64,000 nt of DNA, taken from contig NZ_CP132913.1 of NCBI RefSeq assembly GCF_036327475.1, forward strand, positions 578,450-642,449, read 5' to 3'. The notes beneath the pieces are model-generated. The model saw only the letters and a program-made list of their open reading frames with translations. It had not been told where the DNA came from and made no database searches. Positions 55,737-64,000 of this stretch are shown piece by piece; position 1 is the stretch's first letter, and each line of letters begins with the position of its first letter. The translations under genes were made by a program, and so were the position numbers. This DNA comes from Sodalis sp. (in: enterobacteria). GTDB taxonomy: Bacteria; Pseudomonadota; Gammaproteobacteria; Enterobacterales; Enterobacteriaceae.

Positions 55737-56183
55737 ATGTTAAGTGGCTGGGATGTACTAACGCCCCCACTGGCCTCGCGTAAGTGGATGTTCAGTAGTT
55801 GCTGACGCAGGAAGGAATAAGCGAAGTAGTTTATATCGCTGGTGGTTGGATATATTCTGCTGTTGTGCCAACTGGGTTTCAATCCCTGTGGTTTCTATAG
55901 CTAAACGGCGGCTGAGTCGGGCCTGCCGCTGCAAAGGTGGTGTAGTTGCTCGGCCACCAGCGTTCGATACCGTTGCGGCAATGGAAAGCCTTTCTCACCG
56001 GCAACTTCAGCATTATTCTTGGGTGGTTTTCCGCTGAGCAGTGCAATCGGAAACGGGCGGGCGTTGTTTGCAGAATACCTCCAAGCCGAAACTTTCGGTT
56101 TCATCGTGTATCCGCAAAACGGCTCGAATCGTCATTATGGACGGTTTTCAGGATTAAAAATTTACTCAACTTTGTATCATTAA
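55737..56183 (+). pseudogene. sulA: sulA (SOS cell-division inhibitor) pseudogene
   Basis: ..EGISEVVYIAGG.., ..LLLCQLG.., ..AFLTGNFSIILGWFSAEQ.. (SulA ALRTGNYSVVIGWLADDL) and the C-terminal ..FSGLKIYSTLYH* (SulA LSGLKIHSNLYH*) lie in three different frames. The exact start is uncertain. Confidence 0.75.
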
Positions 56184-56267
56184 GTAAAATGATCGCAGCG
56201 TTTTGCCTCTTTCCCTTTTATCGTTGCTCTGAAACGCTGTTTTTATTAGCGACTTACTACATCTTAC

Positions 56268-56295
56268 TTGTAAGTTTCCTACTTCGTTGTAGACT
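56268..56295 (+). promoter_or_regulatory. ompA promoter (-35 TTGTAA, 16-nt spacer, -10 TAGACT)
   Basis: CTTGTAAGTTTCCTACTTCGTTGTAGACTTTAAT is almost identical to the E. coli ompA promoter as I recall it (CTTGTAAGTTTTCAACTACGTTGTAGACTTTACAT). The predicted TSS is near 56303. Confidence 0.7.
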
Positions 56296-56299
56296 TTAA

Positions 56300-56344
56300 T
56301 TCGCCGGGTTCGCCGGGTTCGCCGGGTTCGCCGGGTTCGCCGGG
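56300..56344 (+). repeat. perfect tandem repeat, 5 x TTCGCCGGG (9 bp), at the 5' end of the predicted ompA leader
   Basis: The units at 56300-08, 56309-17, 56318-26, 56327-35 and 56336-44 are all identical. Confidence 0.97.
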
Positions 56345-56469
56345 GTTGCTCTATGACGCTATTTTAATGGCGATGTACAGAGTCTGAACACGAACGTCAG
56401 CAATGGATTTCTAAAATTAGCTTTATAAAAGCTCATTACCTATATTTGGATGATAACGAGGCGGAAACA

Positions 56470-57525
56470 ATGAAAAAGACAGCTATCGCACTGGCAGTGG
56501 CACTGGCAGGTTTCGTAACCGTAGCGCACGCCGCTCCGAAAGACGACACCTGGTACACTGGCGGCAAACTGGGCTGGTCCCAGTACCACGATACCGGTTA
56601 CGGTTTCGACAATCGCATCGGCAACAGTCCAACCCGTGATGGCCAGTTAGGCGCGGGTACTTTCGTTGGCTATCAGGCGAACCAGTACCTTGGGTTCGAG
56701 CTGGTCTACGACTGGCTGGGCCATATGGCGCACAAAGGCAACGTGAACAACGACTCGTTTAAAGCACAGGGTATTTCCATGGCCGCCAAGCTGAGCTACC
56801 CGCTGAGTGAAGACCTAGATATTTACACCCGTCTGGGCGGTATGGTATGGCGTGCTGATTCCAAAGGTGCTTACGACAATAGCAATTCAGGCCGCGTAAA
56901 CGACCATGACACCGGTGTTTCCCCGCTGGCCGCTGTGGGTCTGGAATATGCTTGGACCAAAAACTGGGCTACCCGTCTGGACTACCAGTGGGTTAACAAC
57001 ATCGGTGATACCGGTGCCATCGGTACTCGTTCTGATGACTCCATGCTAAGCGTTGGTGTGTCCTACCGCTTTGGCCAGGATGAAGTGGCTGCCCCAGCTC
57101 CGGCTCCGGTGGTTCAAACCAAGTACTTCACCCTGAAGTCTGATGTGCTATTCAACTTTGACAGAGCCGCGCTGAAACCAGAAGGTCAGCAAGTACTGGA
57201 TCAGCTGTACTCCCAGTTGAGCTCTATGGATCAGAAAGACGGATCCGTTATCGTTCTGGGCTACACAGACCGTATCGGTTCAGACGCCTACAACCAAAAA
57301 CTGTCTCAGGCGCGCGCACAGAACGTCGCAAACTACCTGGTTTCCAAAGGTATTCCTTTCAACAAGATTTCCACCCGCGGTATGGGTAAATCCAATCCTG
57401 TTACTGGCAACACCTGTAATAGCGTGAAAGGCCGTGCCGCAGTCATCAGTTGCCTGGCCCCGGATCGTCACGTGGAGATCAAAGTGAAAGGCGTTAAAAA
57501 CGAGGTAACTCAGCCGCAGGCTTAA
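56470..57525 (+). CDS. ompA: outer membrane protein A
   Basis: [43 protein letters not shown]... and the C-terminal OmpA-like domain ..[39 protein letters not shown] are collinear with E. coli OmpA. Loop regions are longer or variable. The SD and leader end are conserved (GATAACGAGGCGGAAACAATG). Confidence 0.97.
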   Translation: MKKTAIALAVALAGFVTVAHAAPKDDTWYTGGKLGWSQYHDTGYGFDNRIGNSPTRDGQLGAGTFVGYQANQYLGFELVYDWLGHMAHKGNVNNDSFKAQGISMAAKLSYPLSEDLDIYTRLGGMVWRADSKGAYDNSNSGRVNDHDTGVSPLAAVGLEYAWTKNWATRLDYQWVNNIGDTGAIGTRSDDSMLSVGVSYRFGQDEVAAPAPAPVVQTKYFTLKSDVLFNFDRAALKPEGQQVLDQLYSQLSSMDQKDGSVIVLGYTDRIGSDAYNQKLSQARAQNVANYLVSKGIPFNKISTRGMGKSNPVTGNTCNSVKGRAAVISCLAPDRHVEIKVKGVKNEVTQPQA

Positions 57526-57541
57526 GTTAACATATCGTAAT

Positions 57542-57570
57542 AAACCCCGCCGAGGCGGGGTTTATTATTT
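57542..57570 (+). terminator. rho-independent terminator of ompA
   Basis: The stem AAACCCCGC / GCGGGGTTT has a 4-nt loop (CGAG) and is followed by ATTATTTT. Confidence 0.8.
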
Positions 57571-58681
57571 TGCAATCGTTAGCAATCAACCGGGCTAATT
57601 AATAGCTAAACTCTTGATGGTGGGTCGCCCCCCCTTAATGGTCCCTGTTCAAGCCCATAATATGGATGATCCCCGCAGCGGGTTTGTGCTATAGCATCCG
57701 GTAGATAGCCTGATACAAAACAGACAATGTCATGGTTTGCTGGATATTTATGACACATGCTCCTTTAAAGCATCAGCGTGGCTCTTGGGTAAATTAGATT
57801 GGCCTCTCGGTGTTCTATCGGAAGGCGACGATCCCTCGGCGCTGAAAGGCGGTTCATGGTCACGAAGACAAAGGTTGGCTGAACGGTTTTGGAGGATATT
57901 AGGTCCAATACTTTCTCACTGAGGTCTGCGCCGGCTTAATTATGGCTGTAAAGTGAGGAGCCCTCACTAAGGCGCCACCAGGATTAAGTGCAAGCACTCT
58001 GGACGAAAGAGTATCGACTTCTGGCATAGCAGATTATCAGCATCACTGTGGCTTATGCTCCACTAAGCGAATAGACGTTGATGTGAATTTAGATGATCCG
58101 GTTTGGTCAAGTCGACTTAACCTATCGTATTCTGGGTTTCGTAACACCCAGCTATTCAAAAGACTATACTTGCCAAAAATGGGTTATCTGTGACCCTACA
58201 TACAGAAACATAAATGTCATAAAATTATAGTTAAGCGTTTTAGTTCATATTCTGCAACAGAATCGTTTCGCGGTTTAAACTCTCTCTTTCCTGAGCATAA
58301 TCTGCTTACAGGCACAAATAAGTGGTCAAGAGGATCAAAAGGTGTGCTATACGAATGAATTATTATTTTTATCGAAAAAAATAAGTTAGCGGCATTAACA
58401 TATGTCGATAATGCTTTATGCCATATCCATCTAGTAAAAATAGATGCTCATCTGAGCCCATCACAGATGAGTGTCGTTCCCAATACGCATCCGGCAAAAT
58501 CAGTATTCAGGTGAAGAATTTACCACAACACATATCCAGCATATATATTCAGATCGCTACATTTTCTATTACTGCCCTTGCCCTCTTAATCCTTATGCAT
58601 CGAAAAATTTTTATCATCAATGTCGAAATTACGAATCAAAGGATATGCATCCTCTTTATGTTGTAGGCGATAATATTGATT

Positions 58682-58733
58682 CACTTCTGATAACTATCAA
58701 ACGACATCACTTCTAATAACTATCAAACGACAT
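58682..58733. repeat. 26-bp tandem duplication (1 mismatch)
   Basis: CACTTCTGATAACTATCAAACGACAT is followed immediately by CACTTCTAATAACTATCAAACGACAT. Confidence 0.95.
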
Positions 58734-59460
58734 AAAAACAGCAAAACTCATTGGATTGCCTAGTGTTAGCTGTCATTGTCCTCATCTAGCAACCTACTCG
58801 ATAGCTATAAATTTATCGTTAAGCTAGCAAAGATTCCATTGCCAAAATATCGCCATGTCGACAGTTATTTTTACTCTGGCTCGCACAATGGCCGGCTACA
58901 TGGCAGGAGAAAGACAAGAAGAGCCGTTGGAGGACGGCGCTTTCACTGCATTATGACGATACCGCCACGCCCTTAACTGCCCAACTCTTATTTGAAAGTC
59001 TTTTTCCTTTTGAGGAAACCAGCAATAGTGAGGGAATATGAGTGTGTATTTGTAAATATCGCCCGCCTGGATCGCTGAAATTCAAATATGATTCCGGACG
59101 CAATTACAACATGGAAGGTCAATATTAATAACGTTGTGGTACTAGCTACGACGGCGTGAAGGGAGCATGAGCGGGGTTATCTGTCACCCTATTCCGTATT
59201 ATCGCGGCTAAGCTAGATTCATTGCGCATTCCAATTAATGATGCTGGACTACGTTGCCAGTCCATGGCGCTATCTCACCGTGATAGTTGCCTCTTCCGTG
59301 AATAGGGCCGTATGATCCTAATGTGGCCACAAAGCGCCGATGATGGCGCGGCAGTGAATTGCCATCGCCCTTTTCTCGTAAACGCAGGGCTAGCAAACAG
59401 GGGGTGTTGTCCTTTAAGACTAGTGACAGGCGGAGGGCATCGCCCTTTGCGTTGCGGTCA

Positions 59461-59903
59461 TCAGTTGATTTTTTTTTGCCGAGGATAGCCTTCAGGTCGC
59501 TGCGCAACGACGATAGAGTTTTGTCGACTTTTCCTTACATTCCGCTTTTGGGGGTAATAATGACCTCTTAACGGGGGGTGTTTCCAAACCAGGTATTCCA
59601 AATCGATGGATTTCTTGCGCGTATGTTGTGTTTGGCATTAAAGTGCTGCTAGTGCTGCTAAAGCGCTGCTTACGCCGCGCCTGAAGGTTTGTTTCATACG
59701 GTTTTACAGTCCGGGGTGCATTGACTCGCGAATCCATTGCAGGATTTTTCCGGCGTGTGCTGATAACTGACAAACCCCCGAACAGATTCCGCCGCCGCGT
59801 TGTTCTCTTCGTAAGACATGCGCCCCTTCACGGTATTTTTAAATCAGGTATTTCCACTTCTAACTGGTTTCCAGGCTTTCAAGCTGCTGGTGGTATTTCT
59901 ATT
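59461..59903 (-). pseudogene. matP: matP (Ter macrodomain organiser) pseudogene
   Basis: The frame-corrected reading ..KYHQQLESLETS*KWKYLI*KYREG.. matches MatP [25 protein letters not shown]. The start codon is disrupted (AT-A-G). ..MKQTFRR.., ..TRKKSIDLEYLVW.. and the C-terminal ..RSDLKAILGKK.. lie in shifted frames, and multiple in-frame TAG/TAA stops are present. Confidence 0.75.
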
Positions 59904-60105
59904 GGGTGTGCCTGTGACCGTGTCACCCGCACTTGATAATAGCATTATTGGTTGTTAATTCACTAATATTTGTCCGTACCGATCGTTTTATGCCTGCATC
60001 CGGGTATTTAGGTAATGCTGTGTCAGAGAACAAAACAGGCCGAGACGAAGCAACGTCTCTTCTTGTATAATCGCGTTTCCATGAACAGCAACGTTATTTA
60101 TCATT

Positions 60106-61857
60106 TTGACTAATAAAAAATTAGAATGGAAATATTTACTACCCGATCTGGCCGGTTTCGCGGCAGTATTTGACCAATCCTTCTCGCTTCTATCCGCCCC
60201 TTTGGCAACGCTTCAGGCTCGTCTCACGGACGGCCTGACGCAATTTTGCCATTCACGCTCGCCCAGCCGTTTTATGCTGCTAACAGCGCAGGAGGAGGAG
60301 GAATATTTTCAGCTAATTGCCGAGACTGTGAAACAGATCCTGCCTGGGTCTGGACATCCCATCGGCAGCCACTATGCCGTGACCGGTATGGGCGTAAGTG
60401 AACAGCCGGCGACCAAGGTAGATGATAACTTCGCCGCGCGTGACGCCTGCGTCTGGCAGTCCTGGGTAGAGTATGAGCCGCTGTTTGGCGCACTACGCTG
60501 CTATCGGGATGTAATCGATCTACAGCCTGGTCTGGTGCACCACGCCAACGGCGGTGTCCTTATTGTCGGTGTACGCGCGCTGGTGAGCCAACCTTTGCTC
60601 TGGCTGCGGCTCAAGCAGATGATTTTGCAGCAGCGGTTTGATTGGCTGCCGGTGGACGACCGCCGACCATTGCCGGTGTCCGTACCATCGATGCCGCTGA
60701 ATTTGCGGCTTATTATGATCGGCGACCGCGAAGGATTGGCCGACCTTAACGATTTGGATCCCGATCTTACCCGTTTAGCGCTATATGGCGAATTTGAGTC
60801 CGAATTGCGCATTGCCAGCGCGGAGGAGATGAGCCAGTGGTGCTCCTGGGTAAACACGCTCGCACAGCGCCAGAAATTACCGCCGCTGAGTGCCGATGCC
60901 TGGCCGGCGCTGGTGCGGCAGTCAGTTCGCTACAGCGGCGATCAATACCAACTACCTTTATGTCCGCAATGGCTTATCCGCCGGTTAAAAGAGGCGGCGC
61001 TATGCGGCTCGCAGCAGGTGCTAACTGCCGCAGCGTTTACTGACAGTGAGCGCACGCGTGTCTGGCGCGAAAGTTATCTCAGCGAGCGTATGCAAGACGA
61101 GATCGCCGAAGGCCAGATTATGGTGGAAACCGAGGGACAGGTAGTCGGTCAAGTCAATGCCCTCTCGGTGCTAGATTTTCCGGGTCATCCGCTACCGTTC
61201 GGCGAGCCGTTGCGCATTAGCTGCGTGGTTCATTTTGGCGATGGCGAAATTAATGACGTGGAACGTAAGGTGGAACTGGGCGGCAATCTTCACGCTAAGG
61301 GCATGATGATTATGCAGGCGTTTTTGATATCGGCGCTAAAACTCGACCAGCAATTGCCCTTCTCCGCCTCGCTAGTCTTCGAGCAGTCCTATGGTGAGGT
61401 CGACGGGGATAGCGCCTCGCTGGCGGAGGGGGTGGCGCTCATTAGCGCCCTGGCGGATAGACCCATCAACCAGCAAATTGCCGTTACCGGCTCAGTGGAT
61501 CAATTCGGCCGCGTACAGCCTATCGGCGGCGTCAATGAGAAAATAGAAGGTTTCTTTGCCCTGTGCCGATCGCGCGAACTGACTGGTGCGCAAGGGGTGA
61601 TTCTTCCTACCGCCAATGTGCGCCACCTTTGTCTCAATGACGATGTCATCGACGCAGTGCGCGAGGGGCTATTTTCCCTTTGGGCGGTGGATACCATCGA
61701 TGAAGCGTTGGAAATCTTGACTGCGATGCCGTTTAACAACGACAAGGGTCCAAGTCTTCTTGCGTCGATACGCAAGCGTATCGCCAATATTAATCTGCAC
61801 GAACGGCAACGTTTGCCCTGGGGCTTCCGCTGGCTAAACTGGTTTAACCAGAGCTAA
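60106..61857 (+). CDS. ycbZ: Lon-protease homologue LonH/YcbZ
   Basis: The 583-aa ORF has a TTG start. It is collinear with E. coli YcbZ (..LQPGLVHHANGGVLIVGVRAL..RFDWLPVDDRRPLPVSVPSMPL.., ..EQSYGEVDGDSASLAE.., ..VTGSVDQFGRVQPIGGVNEKIEGFF..). Confidence 0.9.
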   Translation: MTNKKLEWKYLLPDLAGFAAVFDQSFSLLSAPLATLQARLTDGLTQFCHSRSPSRFMLLTAQEEEEYFQLIAETVKQILPGSGHPIGSHYAVTGMGVSEQPATKVDDNFAARDACVWQSWVEYEPLFGALRCYRDVIDLQPGLVHHANGGVLIVGVRALVSQPLLWLRLKQMILQQRFDWLPVDDRRPLPVSVPSMPLNLRLIMIGDREGLADLNDLDPDLTRLALYGEFESELRIASAEEMSQWCSWVNTLAQRQKLPPLSADAWPALVRQSVRYSGDQYQLPLCPQWLIRRLKEAALCGSQQVLTAAAFTDSERTRVWRESYLSERMQDEIAEGQIMVETEGQVVGQVNALSVLDFPGHPLPFGEPLRISCVVHFGDGEINDVERKVELGGNLHAKGMMIMQAFLISALKLDQQLPFSASLVFEQSYGEVDGDSASLAEGVALISALADRPINQQIAVTGSVDQFGRVQPIGGVNEKIEGFFALCRSRELTGAQGVILPTANVRHLCLNDDVIDAVREGLFSLWAVDTIDEALEILTAMPFNNDKGPSLLASIRKRIANINLHERQRLPWGFRWLNWFNQS

Positions 61858-61922
61858 GGGAATTGTCAGCAACCTGCATGTCGGGTAATGTGCGGAACTC
61901 AATAATTAAGGTTTAGAGAAAT

Positions 61923-62441
61923 ATGGTAGATAAACGCGAATCCTATACCAAAGAAGATCTGCTGGCGTCCAGCCGGGGCGAACTGTTCGGCAAAGAGGGC
62001 CCGCAATTGCCGGCACCGAATATGTTGATGATGGACCGGGTAGTCAAAATGACCGAAGACGGCGGTAATTACAATAAAGGTTTCGTGGAAGCGGAACTAG
62101 ATATTCGCCCGGATATCTGGTTCTTCGGCTGCCATTTTATCGGCGATCCAGTGATGCCCGGCTGTTTGGGTCTTGATGCCATGTGGCAATTGGTGGGTTT
62201 CTATCTGGGCTGGCTGGGCGGCGAAGGAAAAGGCCGCGCGCTTGGCGTCGGCGAAGTGAAATTCACTGGGCAAATTTTGCCGAGCGCGAAAAAAGTGACT
62301 TATCGCATTCATTTCCGCCGCGTGATTAACCGGAAGCTAGTAATGGGCATGGCTGACGGCGAAGTGCTGTGCGACGGTACCGTGATTTATACTGCAAGCG
62401 ATTTAAAAGTTGGCCTGTTCAAAGATACCGCGGCTTTCTGA
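61923..62441 (+). CDS. fabA: 3-hydroxydecanoyl-ACP dehydratase/isomerase
   Basis: The 172-aa [82 protein letters not shown] matches E. coli FabA. Confidence 0.97.
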   Translation: MVDKRESYTKEDLLASSRGELFGKEGPQLPAPNMLMMDRVVKMTEDGGNYNKGFVEAELDIRPDIWFFGCHFIGDPVMPGCLGLDAMWQLVGFYLGWLGGEGKGRALGVGEVKFTGQILPSAKKVTYRIHFRRVINRKLVMGMADGEVLCDGTVIYTASDLKVGLFKDTAAF

Positions 62442-62539
62442 TGCTCATGGCCGGCATGATGACGCTTTCTGCCGGCGCGCGCCGGCGACGTCCGTAAAAA
62501 CCTCCGCGCCAGGCGTAGATTGTGCTTGAACGACAAATC

Positions 62540-62703
62540 AAATCACCGACCTGTCTTCTATAGCTTTGCACCAGCTTCCCAAGCAGTGAGAACGTGCGTC
62601 AAGTGATTGATATAGATATAAAGTTCACGGATACGCCCTGACAGACCCCTCGATAGCCGTGTGAATGAGAACGTTCAAGGGGATCTCATTTCTGTCTTTT
62701 CAT
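62540..62703 (-). pseudogene. rmf: rmf (ribosome modulation factor) pseudogene
   Basis: MKRQK*DPLERSHSHGY.. compares with Rmf MKRQKRDRLERAHQRGY. There is a TGA at codon 6, then a frameshift before ..LTAWEAG.. (SQWLGGWREA). Confidence 0.75.
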
Positions 62704-62905
62704 AGCCTTATCCCTCATCATCTTGGATCTTGGCTGGCTAAAACGGTAACCGATAGCGGCGAGGTTACACTCAATCTTTAACGAGAAAGCGGCGAAGATC
62801 AAACCACCACGCCATCATAAGCTGCTGAATTACCTCTTGTGTAGGCAACCATTGCGAACGCCGGTCGTGACAGACGGTAATCTATGTAACTAATTATAAT
62901 AATTA

Positions 62906-63420
62906 TCAGTTTATTTCTATAAATTCTTCGCCCCACTTGTTGGCCGACCGTTTCCCAGCTCTGAACCAGGGTACGCACCAGCGTATCGTAGCCATCCTTT
63001 TCTGAGGCAGCGTCAAATTAAACGGCTGGCGGATGACGCGTCCGTCGTGGGCCCACATCCCCTGTACGACTGCGCGCCCATCGTAACGGACGTGGAAACC
63101 GGTAATGGTGACCGCCAATTGGTCGTTATCACCATTATTACCGATGGGTTGCATGAACACCAGCGTCCCACGGGTAGCGCGGTGCTTAAATTTGCCACAA
63201 GCGATTGCTGTAACTGTTGTTCCAGCTAAACTGGCCCACAGATTGCTGCGGGCCGTGATGTACTGCACGTCACTAGTTTGACAGACCAGTCCGTTGCTGG
63301 CCAGAAATCTGCCACCGATACCCACGCAACCCAAAGCTACTGACGCTACCATTTTATTGCAGGCTGGGCACCACGGTTTGAGCGCTTTGCGGTTCAGTTC
63401 GCAGTTAGTTTTGTTGTATC
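62906..63420 (-). pseudogene. pqiC: pqiC (ymbA, paraquat-inducible lipoprotein C) pseudogene
   Basis: ORF 62906-63352 matches PqiC at ..NGLVCQTSDVQYITARSNLWAS.. and ..QPIG..LAVTITGFHVRYDGRAVVQG..IRQPF... The segment between is readable as PqiC (LEQQLQQSLVANLSTALP.GRW) only in another frame. The lipoprotein signal region upstream is frameshifted with a stop. Confidence 0.7.
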
Positions 63421-63424
63421 TGTG

Positions 63425-64000
63425 CTAGACCAGCGCTGATGGTCGGCAGCGCCGGGTACCATTAACGGTCGAGGACCCTAGCCAGGCTTTTAGCCTGTGG
63501 ATATAAATCAAATCAACATACAGCGCGCCAGTCAGCAACTTAGCGCTCTTGAGCGCCGCGCGGAAGCCATTCCATTTGGCCTTGGTCAGGCGCTTATTGA
63601 TATCAAAGTTTTTCTTGCTGATAAAGCGATTCGGCTCAATGCGAATAGATACCGGCACCGAAACGCGATGGTCGCTGTTCATCTCCTGATTGGCGCTAAC
63701 GGTAGCGAACGGCCCTCCACTACGGTCCACAGGTGAATGCCGCTGAATTCTACCGGCGCCTCGGTGCAGGCCGCGAATCGAATCGTCAAAGAGCAGGACG
63801 TAATCCAGATGTTGGGTTAAAGGGAATCTGGAACCTCGTTCTAACGCTTCTGCTCTCCGGCAAGCAGAGTGATCAGTGAACCCATTTCCACGCGTATGCC
63901 GGAGGCTGACAAATTGAGCGCCACGACGCTATCCCTCCAGAACCGGACGTTGGTGATTATCAGATTATCATAAGGCGCGTCGATAAAGAGCTGATAATTC
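63425..64000 (-). pseudogene. pqiB: pqiB (MCE-domain protein) pseudogene fragment, runs off right edge
   Basis: ..YQLFIDAPYDNLIITNVRFW.., ..EAPVEFSGIHLWTV.. and ..HRVSVPVSIRIEPNRF...LLTGALYVDLIYI.. match PqiB MCE-domain blocks in different frames. The C-terminal coiled-coil (~150 codons) is absent. Confidence 0.7.

Noticed and set aside
56300-56344. Tandem repeats (this one, 21446-21472 and 58682-58733), checked as possible CRISPR arrays.
   Set aside because: The units are 6-26 bp, directly abutting with no spacers, and no cas genes are present. They are not CRISPR.
58418-58716. Two overlapping ~80-aa ORFs in the AT-rich ompA-matP insert, one with a hydrophobic helix (IATFSITALALLILM), considered as a small membrane toxin.
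   Set aside because: There is no SD or promoter context, no partner antitoxin/sRNA signature and no recognisable family. The AT-rich region is saturated with stops in the other frames.
62451-62487. GC-rich nested palindromes after fabA (GCCGGCA..TGCCGGC and the 16-bp GCCGGCGCGCGCCGGC), considered as a bidirectional terminator between convergent fabA and rmf.
   Set aside because: No U-run follows the stems on either strand, so a canonical intrinsic terminator cannot be supported. It may still be a REP-like or structural element.

Overview
This is an enterobacterial chromosomal window; G+C looks mid-50s % by eye. Gene content and order match three E. coli K-12 neighbourhoods, as I recall them, joined end to end.

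Block 1: lolC / mfd / ycfJ / ndh / ycfP-nagZ-thiK-lpoB-hinT / ptsG / ycfH-holB-tmk-mltG-pabC / fabF-acpP-fabG-fabD-fabH-plsX-rpmF-yceD / maf / rluC / rne, then pyrC-dinI-solA / trhO / lpxL-mdtG-msyB / opgH-opgG.

Block 2: an L,D-transpeptidase, about 4 kb of AT-rich ORF-poor DNA, then tRNA-Leu/Cys/Gly-pgsA-uvrC-uvrY / yecF.

Block 3: wrbA-yccJ, tRNA-Ser, yccA-tusE / yccX / rlmI-hspQ / yccU / mgsA / helD / sulA-ompA / matP / lonH-fabA / rmf-pqiC-pqiB.

The dominant feature is genome decay. About half of the recognisable genes (roughly 30) are pseudogenes with frameshifts, in-frame stops or large internal deletions. They are interleaved with intact essential genes: the fab cluster, holB, tmk, rne catalytic half, pgsA, uvrC, ompA, fabA and the tRNAs. 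This pattern is what is described for recently host-restricted symbionts such as Sodalis, but the organism assignment is inference only.

I could not support any CRISPR array, IS/transposase, integrase, prophage or defence module, and I see no intact novel multi-gene system.

The observations most worth a second look are structural:
- A perfect 5 x 9-bp tandem repeat sits exactly at the predicted ompA transcription start.
- A perfect 316-bp copy of an internal uvrC segment lies on the far side of the tRNA/pgsA block.
- About 570 bp of unassigned DNA is inserted inside the glyW-cysT-leuZ tRNA operon, and the tRNA-Leu gene lacks an encoded CCA.
- An opgH-derived fragment is embedded in the ptsG pseudogene.
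- The rne 3' end has its conserved C-terminal motif stranded behind stop codons.
- Two AT-rich unassignable inserts occupy 39.1-43.2 kb and 57.6-59.5 kb.

All homology statements rest on my recall of E. coli protein and promoter sequences and need database confirmation.
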